From: TPA_inf: Saccharomyces
Taxonomy: Eukaryota
Length of the DNA stretch: 64,000 bases
Direction: 5' to 3'
Assembly (NCBI GenBank): GCA_000146045.2
Contig: BK006945.2
Coordinates: forward strand, 384,001 to 448,000
The position numbers were made by a program, and so were the translations under genes. Positions 61,524 through 64,000 of the stretch are shown here, in pieces; within the stretch, counting starts at the first letter, position 1, and each line of letters begins with the position of its first letter. The notes under the pieces were generated by a model. It was not told where the DNA came from, did no database searches, and was given only the letters and a program-made list of their open reading frames with translations.

Positions 61524-63575
61524 TTATTTCTTTTTTTGAGAGAAAAATTGGTTCTCTACAGCAGAAATGATGGCAGGTACAACTTCTGGGTTGGCCAAAG
61601 TAGTTAGGTCACCTAGCTGTTCGGCTTCGTTAGAAGCAACCTTTCTTAGAACTCTTCTCATAATCTTTCCTGACCTTGTTCTTGGTAGATCTCTAACTAG
61701 AATAATGGTTTTTGGTGAGGCGAAAGGACCAATCTCACCCCTAACTTGTAAGATCAATTCTCTACGTAAATTATCTGGTGTGATGTGTTCTGCATCACCT
61801 TCAGTAGCGTTGTTTTGTAGATAACCATCTTTTAGGGAAACATATGCAACGACGGTTTGACCGGTCAATTCATCTGGAATACCGACAACAGCAGCTTCCG
61901 AGACGTTTTCGTGATTTGAGATAGATGCTTCAATTTCTGATGTGGATAATCTATGACCGGAAACATTTACAACGTCGTCAACTCTACCCCTGATCCAGTA
62001 GTAACCATCATGATCTCTACCAGCACCATCACCTGTGAAATAGTGACCAGGATAAGGTTTCAAGTAAGTATCCATGTAACGGTCGTGGTGGTTCCAAACA
62101 GATCTAGCCATTGATGGCCATGGTGATTTAACGGCAAGGACACCTTCGACATCATTACCTTCTAATTCCACACCTGTAACAGGGTCAATGATACAAGCGT
62201 TAATACCAAAGAATGGCACGGTAGCAGAACCAGGTTTTGTTGGGACAGCACCTGCCAAAGGAGCAATTAAATGAGAACCAGACTCTGTTTGCCACATAGT
62301 GTCACAAATGACACAGTTTTTGTTACCCACTTTTTCATGATACCATTCCCATAAGTCTGGAGAGATTGGTTCACCGACGGAACCCAAGACACGTAATGAG
62401 GAAGTGTCATATTTGGCAATTTCGGCTTCACCTACACGTTTGATTAATCTTAAAGCAGTTGGAGCCACATAGAAATGGGTAGCCTTGTGACGTTGGATAA
62501 TTCTCCAATATCTACCATAATCTGGGTAGGCAGGAGTGGATTCGAAAATTATTGAGGCGGTACCCAAGGTTAATGGACCATATAGAGCATAGGTGTGACC
62601 CGTGATCCAGCCGACGTCACCGGCAGTGAAGAGAACATCTTCTGGGTGAATATCAAAAACGTATCTAGTTGTTAAAGCGGCACCTAATAAATAACCACCT
62701 GTAGTGTGAACGACACCCTTTGGAGAACCAGTGGAACCGGAAGTGTATAATAAAAATAGAGGATCTTCAGCGTCACATGAAACAGGAGGTAGGTAAGTTC
62801 TCTGCTTAGCGGCCTCCTCATGCCACCAGTAATCTCTACCGGCCTTCATTGGAATACCTTCAGTACCAGTTCTTTGGAAAACCAAGATACGGGAAACCAA
62901 ATCGACTCCGTTCAAACCTTCGTCAACAATTTTTTTAGTGTTGATGGTCTTACCACCTCTTTTACCTTCATCACAAGTGATGACCACTTTAGAATTAGCG
63001 TCAACGACACGATCTTTCAACGAACCAGCGGAGAACCCAGCAAAGACAACAGAGTGAATAGCACCAATACGAGCCACAGCCAACATAGCAATGACCGCTT
63101 CTGGAATCATTGGCAAATAGATAGCCACTGTGTCACCTTTCTTAACGCCCCAGCTTTTTAAGACACCAGCGATTTGGGAAACTTTTCTGAGTAATTCACC
63201 AAATGTGATGATTTTGTTGTCGGATTCGTCATCAGCTTCATAGATCAAAGCTGGCTTGTCGGGATTAGCAAAGGCATGTCTGTCAACACAATTGTATGAT
63301 GCATTCAATTTACCGTTCAAAAACCATGCAACATCACCATTGTTCAATGAACCAGATTGAACTTTGGTGTATGGAGCATCCCAATGCAAGTATTCCTTAG
63401 CCATCTTATCAAAGAATTTTTCTGGCTCATTGATAGATTGTTGATACATTTCTTGATAATGTTGCATATCAGTAACGTAACCCTTGCCGGGTTGGCTGTT
63501 GTAAAAATGTTGAGGAGCCTTAAGAGCCTTTACGTTGTGAGCTTCATAAACTACTTTATGTTCCTTGATTGTCAT
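61524..63575 (-). CDS. ACS2: Acetyl-CoA synthetase 2 (AMP-forming).
   Basis: 683 aa with the AMP-binding signature [12 protein letters not shown] and a conserved C-terminal lysine region (SGKIMRR). It shows strong codon bias. Confidence 0.9.
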
Positions 63576-64000
63576 ATTTTATTATTGTATTGATTTACTT
63601 TCCTGTATTCTGTTTGTGTATAACAATCACTAACCGCGGAGACACACAATTCGGAATTCGAATACTATATATATATATATTTTAAGGTAGAGGTATATAT
63701 AAGGTTTGATCAGGCTAAACGTGCGGTGCGATATCGTTGCTAAAATTCAGAACACTGTTTTCAATCTCGAAGTAAAAAACGATAAAAATTATCAACAAAA
63801 CCAGTGACGAAGAAGTTCAGTCACGAAACTTTTTTGCCTCGTTCAAAAAAAAAAAGCCAGCGGAATCGGCTACCGAATATCGGCAATAACGCTTCGGCCC
63901 CGGGAAACGCATATGAATAATTTTAAGTTAGTTTTATGCTATACAGCGGGTGGCTACGTGTAATGTATTTAATGTTTATATTTACTGATTTATGACATCG

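Noticed and set aside
1-64000. A search for CRISPR arrays, restriction-modification, toxin-antitoxin or other prokaryotic defence or operon structures.
   Set aside because: The sequence is a eukaryotic yeast chromosome. Genes are monocistronic with individual promoters, a spliceosomal intron is present, and no direct-repeat/spacer arrays or operon-like co-directional clusters with RBS spacing are visible.

Overview
This window is ordinary nuclear DNA from a budding yeast, most likely Saccharomyces cerevisiae chromosome XII right arm, running from the 5' end of CLF1 (YLR117C) to ACS2 (YLR153C). It is gene-dense and AT-rich, with one tRNA gene and one small spliceosomal intron. I found no CRISPR arrays, prokaryotic operons or defence islands, and no intact mobile element. 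I recognise about 36 protein-coding genes by their motifs and lengths. They are CLF1 (partial), TML25/YLR118C, SRN2, the tandem yapsins YPS1 and YPS3, YLR125W, YLR126C, APC2, DCN1 (ATG-only first exon plus a 94-nt intron), DIP2, ZRT2, ACE2, USB1, CKI1, PDC5, SLX4, CTH2/TIS11, RKM5, NHA1, SLS1, RRN5, PUT1, tRNA-Asp(GUC), DPH6, ACF2, RMP1, SPE4, YLR146W-A, SMD3, PEP3, YLR149C/GID11, STM1, PCD1, YLR152C and ACS2. Several six-frame ORFs start at non-ATG codons, so the true starts of USB1, CKI1, SLX4, RKM5 and DCN1 are internal to the listed ORF. Promoter motifs read directly from the sequence are Zap1 ZREs upstream of ZRT2, an Aft1 site upstream of CTH2, two Put3 CGG-N10-CCG sites upstream of PUT1, and PAC plus RRPE motifs upstream of DIP2. 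I do not see an undescribed biological system here. The points worth a second look are a 4.5-kb ORF-poor interval downstream of YPS3, a GC-rich compositional island inside RRN5, an 11-G tract in the NHA1/SLS1 convergent 3' region, a possible LTR remnant upstream of the tRNA, and two poorly characterised genes (YLR146W-A and the PIN-like transporter YLR152C). Gene names come from my recall of motifs and lengths, not from a database search.
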